A stretch of 20,000 nt of DNA, from positions 541,313 to 561,312 of the forward strand of contig CP060769.1 in the NCBI GenBank assembly GCA_023205875.1, read 5' to 3'. The position numbers were made by a program, and so were the translations under genes. Below, piece by piece: positions 18,130-20,000 of the stretch (positions are counted from its first letter, which is position 1; each line of letters opens with the position of its first letter). Source of the stretch: Chloropicon primus (lineage: Eukaryota). A model generated the notes under the pieces. It ran no database searches. It had not been told where the DNA came from and was given only the letters and a program-made list of their open reading frames with translations.

Positions 18130-19497
18130 CCTCGTCCTCGCACCGACAAGGTGTCCGGTCCCGTCCCTCTCCCTCTCTCCTCTACTCGGTGATGGTGGGC
18201 GCGAGCGAAGCCAAGGGGTTTGAAGCATCCCTTCCCCAGACCAGGAGCGAGAGCGAGGAGGACGATGACGAGGAGGCAAGGGAGAGGGAGAGGGAGAGGG
18301 ACATCGGCATGGGCATGGGACGACTCCATTGCGGAAGAGGGGCATTGTGGGGCAGGAGGGGAGGCATCATTGGGATGGATGACAAAAGTGTCACAGCGGA
18401 GGCAGAGGGGGTCCAAGCACGACACCTTCGAGGAAAGCTTGATGGAATGGAATGGAACACCAGTGACTTCCATCGTTGCGCATGGATGAAAATTCAAGGA
18501 CCTTTGAAGCTCCTTCCCCTCGATCTTTCATCTCGTGGTACGATCGCGTCGCAAGCAAAGCTTTGGACCGAGAGGAAGGGCACTGCAGGAGAGAGAGAGA
18601 GAGAGGGAGGGGATCTTGGGTAGTTGTGTTGGTCTTGGAATGTATCTGTGTGTTGGGTTCATTGGTGGCTTTTGTGACATCTCGTGATTAGGCTTGGAGA
18701 ACCTCATAGGGAGCTGATTGGGGGCCTGTGGAGGAGCTCATGGAGGTCCAGCGGAGAGGCACATGATTGATTTTGAGGTGTGTTTGGGTCTGTGGGGGCC
18801 CAATTGGGGTTATTGGAATGCGTTGATCTCAGTGGCCTTGCTCCATTGACAATGAGTGGAAGGAGGAGGGGCCGAGCCCAGATGATGTGTATGTGTGCTC
18901 GGGTCCGGGCACTGGCGTCCAGGGGTGGGAGAGGAGAGGTGTTCTTGGGGCAATGCAGGAGAGTGGGAGGGGAAAGGAGGCAAGGAGAGGTGTCTGTGGG
19001 TAGTTGTTCGTGCATTGGATCCTCTTGGTTTGGTACATGCTGACTTGATTGTGTAATGTAGGTGTGTATGATACAATTCTGTTGCCTTTATTGTCCATTT
19101 TGGGGCCTATTTTTTGGTACGAATAGTGGAGTGACGGATCCAGTTCGTGTCCAATGGCTGTAAAACTTTGTCAGAAGAGGCTTGTACTTTATATTTGGAT
19201 ACTCTTCGAATATGGCGTATCTTCCCGTCGTCCTTGAGCCTGTAGAGATCCATCTGTCGGACCACTAAAACCCAAACCACAGCCCTCCATGGATGATGAT
19301 GATGTTGTGTGAATGGAGTCCGTGATGAAGAGGCCTGTTCCGGGTGGAGCGTAATCTAGGGCACCAGAGAATAAAGAGGTCCAATCGTAAACCTTACCCT
19401 GATCCACTCTTCTGCTGGAATCCGTCGTCTTATGCGACGTGATTTAGGGCCGACTAAAACCCAGATCACACTTAAAACCTGTACCAGAAGGAAAACT

Positions 19498-19801
19498 GCG
19501 GTGGCTCGGAGGCACCACGGAAAGGTTGGATGATGCGACGGTGTCTTTCTCTTAGGCTTCTTTTGTTCTCCGGCTCCTTTCCTTGGCCAGGACTTCCTTC
19601 CTTCCTTCCTCGGGCAAACCCTACTCAAGGCACTTCGGACCCACGAGAGGGCCTTTTAGGTGTTAGGTTTTGGGACTCCCAAGGCTTTAGGAAACGCGGT
19701 GACTCGGAGGCACCACGGAAAGCTTGGATGATGCAACGGCGTCTTTCTCTTAGGCTTCTTTTGTTCTCCGGCTCCGTTCCTTGGCCAGGACTTCCTTCCT
19801 T
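19498..19801. repeat. Subtelomeric 106-bp direct repeat, 2 copies (19498-19603 and 19696-19801), period 198 bp
   Basis: gcggtg(g/a)ctcggaggcaccacggaaag...ggccaggacttccttcctt, 5 mismatches in 106 by manual alignment. Confidence 0.93.
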
Positions 19802-19864
19802 AGGTTTAGGATTGTAGGTTGTTAGGTTGTTAGGTTGTTAGGTTGGTTTAGGTTTTAGTTTAGG
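19801..19864 (+). repeat. Degenerate proximal telomere variant repeats
   Basis: TAGG TTTAGG ATTGTAGG (TTGTTAGG)3 TTGGTTTAGG TTTTAG TTTAGG. Confidence 0.9.
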
Positions 19865-20000
19865 TTTTAGGTTTTAGGTTTTAGGTTTTAGGTTTTAGGT
19901 TTTAGGTTTTAGGTTTTAGGTTTTAGGTTTTAGGTTTTAGGTTTTAGGTTTTAGGTTTTAGGTTTTAGGTTTTAGGTTTTAGGTTTTAGGTTTTAGGTTT
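19865..20000 (+). repeat. Telomere (TTTTAGG)n, G-rich strand running toward the chromosome end
   Basis: 19 perfect TTTTAGG copies (19865-19997) plus a partial copy at the window end, with correct telomeric polarity. Confidence 0.96.

Noticed and set aside
19261..19481. CTAAAACC words as a telomerase RNA template
   Set aside because: None gives a full CCTAAAACC/CTAAAACCT template for TTTTAGG, and no promoter or terminator evidence was seen.
19356..19628. Minus-strand ORF with a basic N-terminus, a hydrophobic segment (AVFLLVQVLSVIWVLVG) and an AGG|GTAAG donor-like site
   Set aside because: No in-frame ATG (TTG start, TAA shortly upstream), lies in the subtelomeric repeat, and no convincing downstream exon; at most a relic.

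Overview
Right-hand end of a chromosome from a gene-dense, intron-poor, GC-rich eukaryote. It is most likely a compact green alga; the TTTTAGG telomere and overall style recall Chloropicon, which is an unverified inference. In order, the window holds: the 3' end of a DDRGK1/UFBP1 gene (+); the mitochondrial Rieske Fe-S protein (-); a 67-bp tandem duplication; and a 10.4-kb single-ORF giant membrane protein (-). That protein has a signal peptide, bacterial-type Ig and BACON-like modules, four filamin-like repeats with inserts, a Cys-rich stalk, a ~9-TM TRP-like domain and a repeat-rich NPL-motif tail. Next come a divergently transcribed full-size ABCB/P-glycoprotein (+), a DDA1-family gene (-), a ~1.7-kb subtelomere with a 106-bp duplication cut off by telomeric repeats, variant telomere units, and a (TTTTAGG)n tract running to the window end. 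The most novel-looking object is the 3471-aa receptor/channel-like mosaic protein. All domain calls are by-eye motif recognition; no searches were run.
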